A stretch of 64,000 bases of DNA, taken from NCBI GenBank assembly GCA_963556905.1, contig CAUWAY010000004.1, positions 1,150-65,149 on the forward strand. Reading direction: 5' to 3'. Origin of the DNA: an uncultured Clostridia bacterium. GTDB lineage: Bacteria; Bacillota; Clostridia; TANB77; CAG-508. The translations under genes and the position numbers were made by a program. The notes beneath the pieces were generated by a model, which was not told the DNA's origin, did not search any database, and was given only the letters and a program-made list of their open reading frames with translations. Positions 9,088 through 22,504 of the stretch are shown piece after piece; position 1 is the stretch's first letter, and every line of letters begins with the position of its first letter.

Positions 9088-10566
9088 ATGGACATTACAG
9101 AATTAACAGTACATGAATTACAAGAAAAAATCAAAAACAAAGAATTAACAATAACACAAATAAATGAAGCATATATTAAAAGAATAAAAGAAAAAGAACC
9201 AGAAATACAAGCATTTATAACAGAATTAACAGAGCAAGGAATTGAACAAGCAAAAAAAATACAAAACAAAATAGATAAAGGTGAAAAAGTAGGAGAATTA
9301 GCAGGAATACCAATAGGAATAAAAGATATTATATGTACAAAAGGGATAAAAACAACATGTGCTTCAAAAATGTTAGAAAACTTTATTTCTCCATATGATG
9401 CAACAGTTATGGAAAAAATAAATGCAGAAGAAATGATAAATTTAGGAAAATTAAATATGGATGAATTTGCAATGGGAGGATCAACTGAATATTCATATTT
9501 TAAGAAAACAAGAAATCCATGGGACTTATCAAAAGTGCCTGGAGGATCTTCAGGTGGTTCAGCAGCCGCAGTTGCAGCAAATATGGTTCCATGGGCATTA
9601 GGAACAGATACAGGTGGAAGCATACGTCAGCCAGCATCACTTTGTGGAGTAGTAGGTCTAAAACCAACATATGGATTAGTTTCAAGATATGGAGTAATAG
9701 CATTTGCTTCATCACTTGACCAAGTAGGAGTATTCACAAAAGATGTACAAGACTGTGCAACACTTTTAAATGTTATAGCAGGACATGATGAAAAAGATTC
9801 AACATCAATAGATATAGAAAAGAAAGATTATATAAAATCATTAAATAAAGATATAAAAGGACTAAAGATAGGAATTCCAAAAGAATTTTATGGAGAAGGA
9901 ATAAATTCAGAAGTAAAATTAGCTTTAGAGAAGGCAATTGAAAAATATAGAGAAATGGGAGCAGAAATAGAAGAATTTTCATTAGACATTGCAAAATATG
10001 CACTTGCAACATATTACATAATAGCATGTGCAGAAGCAAGCTCAAACCTAGGAAGATATGATGGAATAAGATATACATACAGGTCACCAGAAGCAAAAAC
10101 ATTAAAAGAAATATATAAAAAATCTAGAAGTGAAGCATTTGGAGCAGAAGTAAAAAGAAGAATTATACTTGGAACATATGTATTATCATCAGGATATTAT
10201 GATGCATATTATAAAAAAGCACAACAAGTAAGAACACTTGTAATGAACGAGTTCAATAAAGCATTTGAAAAATATGATGTAATAGTAACACCAACATCTC
10301 CAACAACAGCATTCAAAATAGGAGAAAAATCAAATAATCCTTTAGAAATGTATCTATCAGACATATGCACAGTCTCTGTAAATATAGCAGGTCTTCCTGG
10401 AATTTCAATACCATGTGGAGTTGATAGTGAAGGTATGCCAATAGGAATGCAAATAATTGGAAATAAATTCTGTGAAGAAACAATTATAAAAACAGCATAT
10501 GCTTATGAGCAAGAAACAAAATTTAGAGAAAAGTATAAACCTACATTTAAAGGAGGCAAAAAATAA
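9088..10566 (+). CDS. gatA: Asp/Glu-tRNA amidotransferase subunit A
   Basis: Amidase signature [13 protein letters not shown] and IKDIICTKG. 492 aa. Confidence 0.95.
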   Translation: MDITELTVHELQEKIKNKELTITQINEAYIKRIKEKEPEIQAFITELTEQGIEQAKKIQNKIDKGEKVGELAGIPIGIKDIICTKGIKTTCASKMLENFISPYDATVMEKINAEEMINLGKLNMDEFAMGGSTEYSYFKKTRNPWDLSKVPGGSSGGSAAAVAANMVPWALGTDTGGSIRQPASLCGVVGLKPTYGLVSRYGVIAFASSLDQVGVFTKDVQDCATLLNVIAGHDEKDSTSIDIEKKDYIKSLNKDIKGLKIGIPKEFYGEGINSEVKLALEKAIEKYREMGAEIEEFSLDIAKYALATYYIIACAEASSNLGRYDGIRYTYRSPEAKTLKEIYKKSRSEAFGAEVKRRIILGTYVLSSGYYDAYYKKAQQVRTLVMNEFNKAFEKYDVIVTPTSPTTAFKIGEKSNNPLEMYLSDICTVSVNIAGLPGISIPCGVDSEGMPIGMQIIGNKFCEETIIKTAYAYEQETKFREKYKPTFKGGKK

Positions 10567-12005
10567 TGGCAAGAGAAGATTATGAAGTAGTAATGGGGTT
10601 AGAAGTTCATGCAGAACTATCAACAAAAACAAAAATATTTTGTAGTTGTCCAACAAAATTTGGAGCAGAACCTAATACACAAGTATGCCCAATATGTATG
10701 GCAATGCCAGGAACATTACCAAAATTAAATGAAAAAGTTGTAGAATATGCAGTAAAAGCAGGTCTTGCAACAAATTGTAAAATATCAAAAGACAGTAAAA
10801 TGGATAGAAAAAATTATTTTTATCCAGATACACCAAGAGCATATCAAATATCACAATATGATAAACCACTATGTGAAAATGGTTATATAGAAATAGAAAC
10901 AAGTCAGGGAAAAAAGAAAATAGGGATAACACGTATTCATATAGAAGATGATGCTGGAAAATTAGACCATGATGATTTAAAAGGTGGAGCATTAGTCGAC
11001 TTAAATAGAGCCGGAGTTCCATTAATAGAAATAGTATCAGAGCCAGATTTTCGTTCAATAGAAGAAGTAGATGCATATTTGAAAAAACTAAAATCAATAC
11101 TTGAATATATAGAAGTATCAGACTGTAAAATGCAAGAAGGCTCATTTAGAGCTGATGTAAATACATCTATCAGAAAAATAGGAGAAAAACAATTTGGTAC
11201 ACGTACTGAAATGAAAAATATGAATTCATTTAGAAGTATAACAAGGGCACTAGAATATGAAATAAATAGACAAGTAGAAATTATAGACAATGGAGGTAAA
11301 ATATATCAAGAAACATTAAGATGGGATGAAGTATCTGGAAAAACATTTTCAATGAGAGACAAAGAAGATGCACAAGATTATAGATATTTTCCTGAGCCAG
11401 ATTTAGTATCAATAAAATTATCAGATGAATACATAGAAAATATAAAAAAATCTTTACCAGAAATGCCAGAAAGTAGAAAACAAAGATATTTAGCTAATTA
11501 CCAATTATCAGAAAAAGATGCTGGAATTATAACATCATCAAAATATTTATCAGATTTATTTGAAAAAGCAGGAGAAATATGTGGAAATTACAAAGCTGTA
11601 AATAATTGGATAATTTCAGATATTTCTAGAATATTAAATGAAACAGAAATGGATGCAATTGAAATTCCATTTGATGCAAGTCAATTAGCAAAACTAGTAA
11701 TTTTAATAGACAAAGGAACAATAAGTTCAAGTATAGGAAAAAAAGTTTTAGTAGAATTATTTGAAAATCCTAGAGACCCAGAAAACATAATAAAAGAAAA
11801 AGGATGGATACAAATATCAGATGAAGGAGCGATAAAAGAGGTAGTATTAAAAATCATTGAAGCAAATCCTCAATCTGTTATAGATTTTAAAGCAGGTAAA
11901 GACAGAGCTTTAGGATTTCTAGTTGGGCAAGCAATGAAAGAAACTAAAGGAAAAGCTAACCCACAAATGCTTAATAAAATGTTTTTAGAAGAATTAAAAA
12001 AATAG
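10566..12005 (+). CDS. gatB: Asp/Glu-tRNA amidotransferase subunit B
   Basis: YEVVMGLEVHAEL, PICMAMPGTLP, NLNRAGVPLIEIVSEPD. Start codon overlaps the gatA stop by 1 nt. Confidence 0.95.
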   Translation: MAREDYEVVMGLEVHAELSTKTKIFCSCPTKFGAEPNTQVCPICMAMPGTLPKLNEKVVEYAVKAGLATNCKISKDSKMDRKNYFYPDTPRAYQISQYDKPLCENGYIEIETSQGKKKIGITRIHIEDDAGKLDHDDLKGGALVDLNRAGVPLIEIVSEPDFRSIEEVDAYLKKLKSILEYIEVSDCKMQEGSFRADVNTSIRKIGEKQFGTRTEMKNMNSFRSITRALEYEINRQVEIIDNGGKIYQETLRWDEVSGKTFSMRDKEDAQDYRYFPEPDLVSIKLSDEYIENIKKSLPEMPESRKQRYLANYQLSEKDAGIITSSKYLSDLFEKAGEICGNYKAVNNWIISDISRILNETEMDAIEIPFDASQLAKLVILIDKGTISSSIGKKVLVELFENPRDPENIIKEKGWIQISDEGAIKEVVLKIIEANPQSVIDFKAGKDRALGFLVGQAMKETKGKANPQMLNKMFLEELKK

Positions 12006-12022
12006 CAAGTAAATGAGGAAAT

Positions 12023-12658
12023 ATGAAAGTAATAAAATTTGTAGAAAAAAATTTGAAATGGATAATACTATTTATAAGTGTAATATTAGTTATATCAATT
12101 GCAGAAGATGTATTAGACCAAGAAATAATGGAAGCAGATATGATTGGATATAATTTTATTTCCAAATATCTGATTTCCGAAAAATTAACACCAATAATAA
12201 AAATAATTACACATTTTGGAGGGGCAATATTTTTAATATTATTATCAACAATATTATTAATAACAATAAAAAAGAAAAAGATAGGAATATATATTTGGAT
12301 TAACCTTGGAATATCAACATTATTAAATCAAATATTGAAAAATATATTTCAAAGACCAAGACCAACTGAATATAGAATAATAAATGAAATGGGATATAGC
12401 TTTCCTTCAGGACATTCAATGGCAAGTATGGCATTTTATGGATTTTTAATATACATAATTTATAAAAATGTAAAAAATAAATATTTAAAATGGATATCAA
12501 TAATATTGTTAAGTTTATTGATTATTTTAATAGGATTGAGCAGAATATACTTAGGAGTTCATTATACAAGTGATGTATTAGCTGGATTTTTCATATCATT
12601 ATCATATCTAATTATATTTACATCATTTTTCAATGATACAGATTTAATTTATTTTTAG
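12023..12658 (+). CDS. PAP2-family lipid phosphate phosphatase (BcrC/undecaprenyl-diphosphatase-like)
   Basis: Multi-TM protein with the PAP2 motifs KNIFQRPRP, PSGHS and SRIYLGVHYTSDV. Confidence 0.8.
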   Translation: MKVIKFVEKNLKWIILFISVILVISIAEDVLDQEIMEADMIGYNFISKYLISEKLTPIIKIITHFGGAIFLILLSTILLITIKKKKIGIYIWINLGISTLLNQILKNIFQRPRPTEYRIINEMGYSFPSGHSMASMAFYGFLIYIIYKNVKNKYLKWISIILLSLLIILIGLSRIYLGVHYTSDVLAGFFISLSYLIIFTSFFNDTDLIYF

Positions 12659-12689
12659 CAAAATTAATAGTTGTAGGGGGAAATAAAAA

Positions 12690-14303
12690 ATGAACACAAA
12701 ATATGTATTTATAACAGGAGGAGTTGTATCAGGATTAGGAAAAGGAATAACAGCAGCATCACTAGGAAGATTATTAAAAAATAGAGGATACAAAGTAACA
12801 ATACAAAAGTTTGACCCATATATAAATGTAGATCCAGGAACAATGAGCCCATATGAACATGGAGAAGTATTTGTAACAGATGACGGAGCTGAAACAGATT
12901 TAGATTTAGGACATTATGAAAGATTTATAGACGAAAATTTAACTCAAAATTCAAGTGTAACAATGGGAAAAATATATTCACATGTTATAGAAAAAGAAAG
13001 AAGAGGAGATTACTTAGGCAAAACTGTACAAGTTATACCACATATAACAAATGAAATAAAAGAAAAAATATATAGTTTTGAAAATACAGACATAGACATT
13101 GTAATAACAGAAATTGGAGGAACGGTTGGAGATATTGAAGGATTATCAATAATAGAAGCTATACGTCAAGTAGGTTTAGAAAAAAATCCAGAAGATGTTA
13201 TATATATACATGTTACACTATTACCATATATATATGGCTCAAATGAAATAAAATCAAAACCAACACAACATTCTGTAAAAGAATTACAAGGATTTGGAAT
13301 AAAGCCCAATATATTAGTTTGTAGAACAGAACAAGATATTCCAGATTCAATAAGAGAAAAATTAGCACTATTTTGCAATGTAAGAAAAACAAGTGTAATA
13401 CAAAATAAAACAGCAGATAATTTATATTCAGTGCCATTAATGCTTGAAGAAGAAGGATTAGCAAGAGAAGTTTGCAATTATTTAAGACTAGATAAATATG
13501 TTCCAGATAATATGGAATGGCAAAAAATGATAGATAATGTAAGAAATATAGGAAATGAAACAGTTAATATAGCAATAGTAGGTAAATATGTTAAATTAGA
13601 AGATTCATATTTATCAGTAATAGAAAGCTTGCATCATGCAGGTTTTGCAAATAATGTAAAAGTAAATATAAAATTGATAGATTGTGAAACAATAAATCCA
13701 GAAACAGCCAAAGAAAAATTAGTTAATATACAAGGAATAATAATCCCAGGAGGATTTGGTAATAGGGGTATAGAAGGAAAAATTGAAGCAATAAGATATG
13801 CAAGAGAAAATAATATTCCTTTTTTAGGAATATGTCTTGGAATGCAAATGGCAGTTGTAGAATTTGCAAGAAATGTTCTAGGACTAAAAGATGCAAATTC
13901 AGAAGAATTTAGTAAAATAACTAAAAATCCAGTAATACACATAATGGAAGAACAAATAGGAATAGATAAAAAAGGTGGAACTATGAGACTAGGAAGTTAT
14001 CCATGCATATTAAAAGAAGGAAGTCTTGCAAAAAAATTATATGGAAATGAACTAATAGAAGAGAGACATAGACACAGATTTGAATATAACAATGATTATA
14101 AAGAAAAATTAGAGAAAGCAGGTCTTATATGTTCAGGAACATCACCTGACGGAAAATTAGTAGAAATAGTAGAATATAAAGAACATCCTTACTTTATAGC
14201 AAGTCAATTTCACCCAGAATTAAAATCTAGACCTAATAGACCAGCGCCATTATTTGTTGGATTAGTAAAAACAGCCAAAGAAAAAATGATGAAAAGAAAA
14301 TAG
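12690..14303 (+). CDS. pyrG: CTP synthase
   Basis: [17 protein letters not shown]-terminus and the glutamine amidotransferase motifs GICLGMQ and HRHRFE. Confidence 0.95.
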   Translation: MNTKYVFITGGVVSGLGKGITAASLGRLLKNRGYKVTIQKFDPYINVDPGTMSPYEHGEVFVTDDGAETDLDLGHYERFIDENLTQNSSVTMGKIYSHVIEKERRGDYLGKTVQVIPHITNEIKEKIYSFENTDIDIVITEIGGTVGDIEGLSIIEAIRQVGLEKNPEDVIYIHVTLLPYIYGSNEIKSKPTQHSVKELQGFGIKPNILVCRTEQDIPDSIREKLALFCNVRKTSVIQNKTADNLYSVPLMLEEEGLAREVCNYLRLDKYVPDNMEWQKMIDNVRNIGNETVNIAIVGKYVKLEDSYLSVIESLHHAGFANNVKVNIKLIDCETINPETAKEKLVNIQGIIIPGGFGNRGIEGKIEAIRYARENNIPFLGICLGMQMAVVEFARNVLGLKDANSEEFSKITKNPVIHIMEEQIGIDKKGGTMRLGSYPCILKEGSLAKKLYGNELIEERHRHRFEYNNDYKEKLEKAGLICSGTSPDGKLVEIVEYKEHPYFIASQFHPELKSRPNRPAPLFVGLVKTAKEKMMKRK

Positions 14304-14309
14304 AGAAAA

Positions 14310-14341
14310 AACTAGGTTATGTATAGATAACCTAGTTTTTT
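14310..14341 (+). terminator. Rho-independent terminator after pyrG
   Basis: AACTAGGTTAT-gtatag-ATAACCTAGTT followed by a T run. Confidence 0.8.
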
Positions 14342-14426
14342 GCATTTTAGTTCTAATTATAAAAAAGTATGAATATAATTATAATAAATGCAAATGTGAA
14401 AATAATGTGAATTTTTTATAAAAGTA

Positions 14427-14455
14427 TTGACAAAGTAAAAAATACGGTATATATT
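14427..14455 (+). promoter_or_regulatory. Sigma-A type promoter of groESL
   Basis: TTGACA (14427-14432), 17-nt spacer, TATATT (14450-14455). Confidence 0.7.
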
Positions 14456-14456
14456 A

Positions 14457-14483
14457 TTAGCAGTCAAACAAAAAGAGTGCTAA
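14457..14483 (+). promoter_or_regulatory. CIRCE operator (HrcA binding site)
   Basis: TTAGCAGTC-N9-GAGTGCTAA, one mismatch to the consensus TTAGCACTC-N9-GAGTGCTAA. Lies 2 nt after the -10 and upstream of groES. Confidence 0.9.
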
Positions 14484-16499
<2,016 letters not shown>

Positions 16500-16506
16500 A
16501 AAACAT

Positions 16507-16540
16507 AAAAAAGTATATAAAATATTTTATATACTTTTTT
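16507..16540 (+). terminator. Rho-independent terminator after groEL
   Basis: Palindrome AAAAGTATATAAAAT/ATTTTATATACTTTT followed by a T run. Confidence 0.75.
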
Positions 16541-16560
16541 GTGCTTTTTGTATACATAAC

Positions 16561-16589
16561 TTGCAAAAAATACAAAAATGTGATATAAT
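16561..16589 (+). promoter_or_regulatory. Near-consensus sigma-A promoter of the 59-codon gene
   Basis: TTGCAA (16561-16566), 17-nt spacer with a TG extension (16581-16582), TATAAT (16584-16589). Confidence 0.7.
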
Positions 16590-16633
16590 AATATATACAA
16601 TAATATTTGCCCTAAAGGGCGGAGGTAGTAAAA

Positions 16634-16813
16634 ATGAGAAAAGAAATCTTGAAAGAAAAAGGCTGGCAGAAAGATGACAGAGCAACTCTTAAGTGGCCAA
16701 GCACAGGAGTTCTTGCAAGAGAGGTTTTTCTTAATTTTATGATTCGTCTCGGAGTGGAACTCCGATACAATGAATGCGGGGAAATGATTTCCAATAGAAC
16801 TTTCCCACTTTAA
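16634..16813 (+). CDS. Small hypothetical protein, 59 aa (below the ORF-track cutoff)
   Basis: GGAGG (16621-16625), 8-nt spacer, ATG 16634. My translation is MRKEILKEKGWQKDDRATLKWPSTGVLAREVFLNFMIRLGVELRYNECGEMISNRTFPL, ending at TAA 16811-16813. Flanked by its own promoter and a strong terminator. Family not recognised. Confidence 0.6.
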   Translation: MRKEILKEKGWQKDDRATLKWPSTGVLAREVFLNFMIRLGVELRYNECGEMISNRTFPL

Positions 16814-16823
16814 GTAAGAATGA

Positions 16824-16848
16824 GGCACGCCAACTGGCGTGCCTTATT
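16824..16848 (+). terminator. Rho-independent terminator (GC-rich hairpin)
   Basis: GGCACGCC-AACT-GGCGTGCC followed by TTATT. Confidence 0.7.
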
Positions 16849-16873
16849 CGATATAAAAAACTAATGCAAATAC

Positions 16874-16902
16874 TTGATTTTTTAAGTCTATTAAAGTATA
16901 AT
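16874..16902 (+). promoter_or_regulatory. Sigma-A type promoter of alaS
   Basis: TTGATT (16874-16879), 17-nt spacer, TATAAT (16897-16902). Confidence 0.6.
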
Positions 16903-16966
16903 CATATAGATAATAATAAAGAAAATAATATTAATAAAAGTAAAAATAAAGAAAGGACAATAAAAA

Positions 16967-18721
16967 ATGAAAGCAATAGAAATAAGAAATAAATATTTAG
17001 AATTTTTCAAAAAACATGGACATACAATAATACCATCAGCACCATTAATACCAGAAAATGATCCATCTGTACTATTTACAACAGCAGGAATGCAACCATT
17101 AGTACCATATTTGTTAGGAGAACAACATCCGGCAGGAACAAGACTAACAGATTATCAAAAATGTATAAGAACAAATGACATAGAAGAAGTTGGAGACAAT
17201 CGTCATTTAACATATTTTGAAATGTTAGGAAACTGGTCATTAGGAGATTACTTTAAAGAAGAATCAATACAAATGAGTTATGACTTTTTAACAAAAGAGT
17301 TAAATATACCAGCTGAAAAAATATCAGTAACATGTTTTGCAGGAGACGAAGATTGTCCAAGAGATGAAGAAACAGCAAAATATTGGAAAAAAGCAGGAAT
17401 GCCAGAAGAAAGAATATATTATTTTGGAAAAGATGACAATTGGTGGATTGCAGGAGAAACAGGACCATGTGGACCAGACACAGAAATGTTTTATGACACA
17501 GGAAAGCCAAAATGTTCACCAGAATGTAACCCAGCATGCAACTGTGGAAAATATGTAGAAATCTGGAACAATGTATTTATGGAATTCTTTAAAGAAAATG
17601 ATGGAAAATACACAAAATTAAAACAAAAAAATGTTGATACAGGACTTGGATTAGAAAGAATGACAATGCTATTAGAAGAAAAGCAAACACCATTTGAAAC
17701 AGAATTATTTTTACCAATAATGGAAAAACTAGAAGAATTACAAAAACTAGATAACATAGCAAGTAGAAGAATAATAGCAGAACATTTACGTTCAAGTATG
17801 ATGATAATATGTGATGGAGGAAGACCAAGTAATTTAGACAGAGGATATATAGTAAGAAGACTAATACGTAGAATGATAAGACATATGAACAAAATACAAA
17901 TATCACTAGACGAATTATCTAAACTAATAGATATGAATGTGGAAAATTTAAAAGAAATGTACCCAACACTTGAACAAAATAAAGAAACAATAAAAAATGT
18001 AATATTAGAAGAAAAAGACAAATTTGTAAAAACACTAAATAAAGGTGAAAAAGAATTTTCAAAAGAAGTAGAAAAAATAAAACAACAAGAAAAAAATACA
18101 ATACCAGGAGAAATTGTATTTAGACTATATGACACATATGGATTCCCACCAGAAGTAACAGAAGAACTTGCAACAGAAAGTGGAATGAAAATAGATAAAG
18201 AAAAATTTGAAAAACTATATAAAGGACACCAAGAAAAATCAAGAGCAGGGGCAGAGCAAAAATTCAAAGGAGGACTTGCTTCAACAGGTGAGATGGAAAC
18301 AAAATATCATACAGCAACACACTTATTAAATGCGGCATTAAAGCAAGTTTTAGGTTCACATGTACATCAAAGAGGAAGTAATATAACAGAAGAAAGAATG
18401 AGATTTGATTTTTCTCATCCAGCCAAGATGACAGATGAAGAAAAACAAAAAACAGAAGACTTAGTAAATAAATGGATATCAGAAGCAATTCCAGTAGAAC
18501 ATTTAGAAATGAAAAAAGAAGAAGCAATAAAAATGGGAGCAGAAGCAATGTTCATAGAAAAATATGGAGATATAGTATCTGTATATAAAATAGGAGAAAA
18601 ATCAATAGAACTATGTGGAGGACCTCATGTAACAAATACTTCAGAACTAGGTCACTTTAAAATAAAAAAAGAAGAATCAAGTTCTTCTGGAATACGCAGA
18701 ATAAAAGCAATTTTAGAATAA
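16967..18721 (+). CDS. alaS: Alanine--tRNA ligase, short form (584 aa; catalytic, tRNA-recognition and minimal editing domains, no C-Ala)
   Basis: FTTAGMQP, HLTYFEMLGNWSLGDYFK, VEIWNNVFMEF, VDTGLGLERM, FRLYDTYGFP, editing-site HTATHLL and CGGPHV. Confidence 0.85.
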   Translation: MKAIEIRNKYLEFFKKHGHTIIPSAPLIPENDPSVLFTTAGMQPLVPYLLGEQHPAGTRLTDYQKCIRTNDIEEVGDNRHLTYFEMLGNWSLGDYFKEESIQMSYDFLTKELNIPAEKISVTCFAGDEDCPRDEETAKYWKKAGMPEERIYYFGKDDNWWIAGETGPCGPDTEMFYDTGKPKCSPECNPACNCGKYVEIWNNVFMEFFKENDGKYTKLKQKNVDTGLGLERMTMLLEEKQTPFETELFLPIMEKLEELQKLDNIASRRIIAEHLRSSMMIICDGGRPSNLDRGYIVRRLIRRMIRHMNKIQISLDELSKLIDMNVENLKEMYPTLEQNKETIKNVILEEKDKFVKTLNKGEKEFSKEVEKIKQQEKNTIPGEIVFRLYDTYGFPPEVTEELATESGMKIDKEKFEKLYKGHQEKSRAGAEQKFKGGLASTGEMETKYHTATHLLNAALKQVLGSHVHQRGSNITEERMRFDFSHPAKMTDEEKQKTEDLVNKWISEAIPVEHLEMKKEEAIKMGAEAMFIEKYGDIVSVYKIGEKSIELCGGPHVTNTSELGHFKIKKEESSSSGIRRIKAILE

Positions 18722-18745
18722 ATTCTAAAGAGAAAGGAATAAAAA

Positions 18746-19093
18746 ATGGATGAAAATTGTATATTTTGTAAAATAATAAGAGGAGAAATACCATCAAACA
18801 AAGTTTATGAAGATGAAGAAATACTAGCATTTAAAGACATAAATCCAGCTGCACCAATACATATATTATTAATACCTAAGAAACATATAGTATCACTAGC
18901 CCAAATGCAAGAAGGAGACGAAAAAATAATTGCAAAAATTTATAAAATTATAAATGAAATTGCAGAAAAGCAAAATTTTAAAGAAAACGGATATAGAGTA
19001 ATAGTAAATTGTGGAGAAGACGGAGGACAAGAAGTTGGACATTTACACTTCCACTTATTAGCAGGAACAAAACTTGGAGAAAAAATTGTTTAA
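18746..19093 (+). CDS. HIT-family nucleotide hydrolase (Hint-like)
   Basis: CIFCKII N-terminus and histidine triad HLHFHLL. 115 aa. Confidence 0.9.
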   Translation: MDENCIFCKIIRGEIPSNKVYEDEEILAFKDINPAAPIHILLIPKKHIVSLAQMQEGDEKIIAKIYKIINEIAEKQNFKENGYRVIVNCGEDGGQEVGHLHFHLLAGTKLGEKIV

Positions 19094-19161
19094 AAACTCT
19101 ACCAATTTATATTAAAATGTGCTATAATAAATGTATATGGATAAATTGGGAGGTATAAAAT

Positions 19162-19863
19162 ATGAATAGTAAATATAGTAATGTATTAACAATATTACTA
19201 GTAATAATTATAATAGCAATTCTTTGTATAATAGGTTTTTTAGGATATAGATATGTAAAAAGTATAAACAATAAAAATCAATCTGAAGACTTTGTAGATG
19301 CATTTTTAAATGACACGAATGCTAATCAAAATACAGATAATAATACATCAACAGAAAATAATAATACTAATAATGATAATAACAATGATGATGACTATGT
19401 AGTAAATGTAGATGAAGGAACAAAACCAAATGGTGAAACATCAGGAACAGTGCAAAAATATAAAGGATATACAGTAGCAGGTTCAATAGAAATACCAGCA
19501 ACAAACTTAAAATGTCCTATACTATCAAGAGAAGAATATTCAACATCAGCATTAGCAACATCAGTATGTGAAATATATGGACCAGGACTAAATAAAGAAG
19601 GAAACACAGTAATTTCAGGGCATAACTTTAGAAATGGAAACTTCTTTTCAAATAACAAAAAATTAAATAATGGAGACAAAATATATATAACAGATCTAAC
19701 AGGAAAAAGATTATCATACACAATATATAATAAATATGAAACAGAAGATAATGATTCAGACTACATGGTAAGAGATACACAAGGAGCCACAGAAATATCA
19801 TTGACAACATGTACTGATGATAGCCAAAAAAGAATAATAATTTGGGCAAAAGCAGACATTTAG
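19162..19863 (+). CDS. Sortase-family transpeptidase with Asn-rich linker
   Basis: N-terminal TM segment, ISGHNFRNG (His), SLTTC (Cys), RIIIWA (Arg). Confidence 0.8.
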   Translation: MNSKYSNVLTILLVIIIIAILCIIGFLGYRYVKSINNKNQSEDFVDAFLNDTNANQNTDNNTSTENNNTNNDNNNDDDYVVNVDEGTKPNGETSGTVQKYKGYTVAGSIEIPATNLKCPILSREEYSTSALATSVCEIYGPGLNKEGNTVISGHNFRNGNFFSNNKKLNNGDKIYITDLTGKRLSYTIYNKYETEDNDSDYMVRDTQGATEISLTTCTDDSQKRIIIWAKADI

Positions 19864-19881
19864 AATTAAAACTAATATTAA

Positions 19882-21957
<2,076 letters not shown>

Positions 21958-22035
21958 ATAATAATGAATAACTTTAAAAATGTTTAAGCAAGAAAGGAGA
22001 AATAAGATTGCTAAAAAGCAACTTATATACAAAAT

Positions 22036-22290
22036 ATGGACAATTATACTTTTGAAGATATGTGGTTAGATTTAAAAAATGGATATCAGATATATTATAC
22101 TTATGTACGTAATAGATATGTTTTATTTAAAACAGCAAAAAATTGTTATACTCAAAAATTATTAACAGATAATCCTAAAAATCCGCAACCTAAAATGACA
22201 ATGCTTACTTTAAAAAGAGTGCAAGAAATTTTTCCTCATATGGAAGATATAGAGTATAAGGTAGGAACAACAGATGATCTAAATATGTAA
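22036..22290 (+). CDS. Hypothetical small protein (84 aa)
   Basis: ORF followed by a good terminator, but with no clear SD before ATG 22036. No recognised motif. Confidence 0.45.
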   Translation: MDNYTFEDMWLDLKNGYQIYYTYVRNRYVLFKTAKNCYTQKLLTDNPKNPQPKMTMLTLKRVQEIFPHMEDIEYKVGTTDDLNM

Positions 22291-22307
22291 CCATTTAATA
22301 ATGTTCA

Positions 22308-22338
22308 AAGAAGAATAAAAAAAGATTCTTCTTTTTTT
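22308..22338 (+). terminator. Rho-independent terminator
   Basis: AAGAAGAAT-aaaaaaag-ATTCTTCTT followed by a T run. Confidence 0.8.
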
Positions 22339-22504
22339 ATTTACCATATATAAAGTTTTGACTTTAATAATTTAAACATAAAAATATATAAAATTATTAA
22401 AAAGGCACACAAAAAAGCTTAAAAAATGTATATTATATATTGGAAATTTTGATAAGATGTGATAAAATACAAAAGCAAGTAAAACCTTAAGAAAGGGTGA
22501 TAAA

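Noticed and set aside
9012-9623. 203-aa minus-strand ORF, together with the many Leu/Phe-rich minus-strand ORFs throughout the track (for example 3240-3746, 4415-4996, 10672-11145, 17491-18267, 52668-53270, 56635-57300).
   Set aside because: All lie antisense to recognisable + strand genes. In a purine-rich (AAA/GAA) coding strand the complement is naturally free of stop codons and reads as Phe/Leu/Ser-rich nonsense.
16596-16850. T-box (or S-box) riboswitch leader for alaS. The region is a structured, GC-richer stretch ending in a strong hairpin upstream of an aminoacyl-tRNA synthetase gene, and it contains CTTGCAAGAGAGG, which resembles the start of an S-box.
   Set aside because: I cannot find the T-box consensus (..GGGTGGTACCGCG) 5' of the terminator, and there is no alternative antiterminator pairing for the GGCACGCC arm. 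There is no convincing specifier loop with GCU, and the S-box similarity stops after AGAGAGG. The region has a GGAGG-8 nt-ATG and a 59-codon open frame ending just before the hairpin. alaS also has its own consensus promoter downstream of that hairpin (16874-16902). An Infernal/Rfam scan would settle this.
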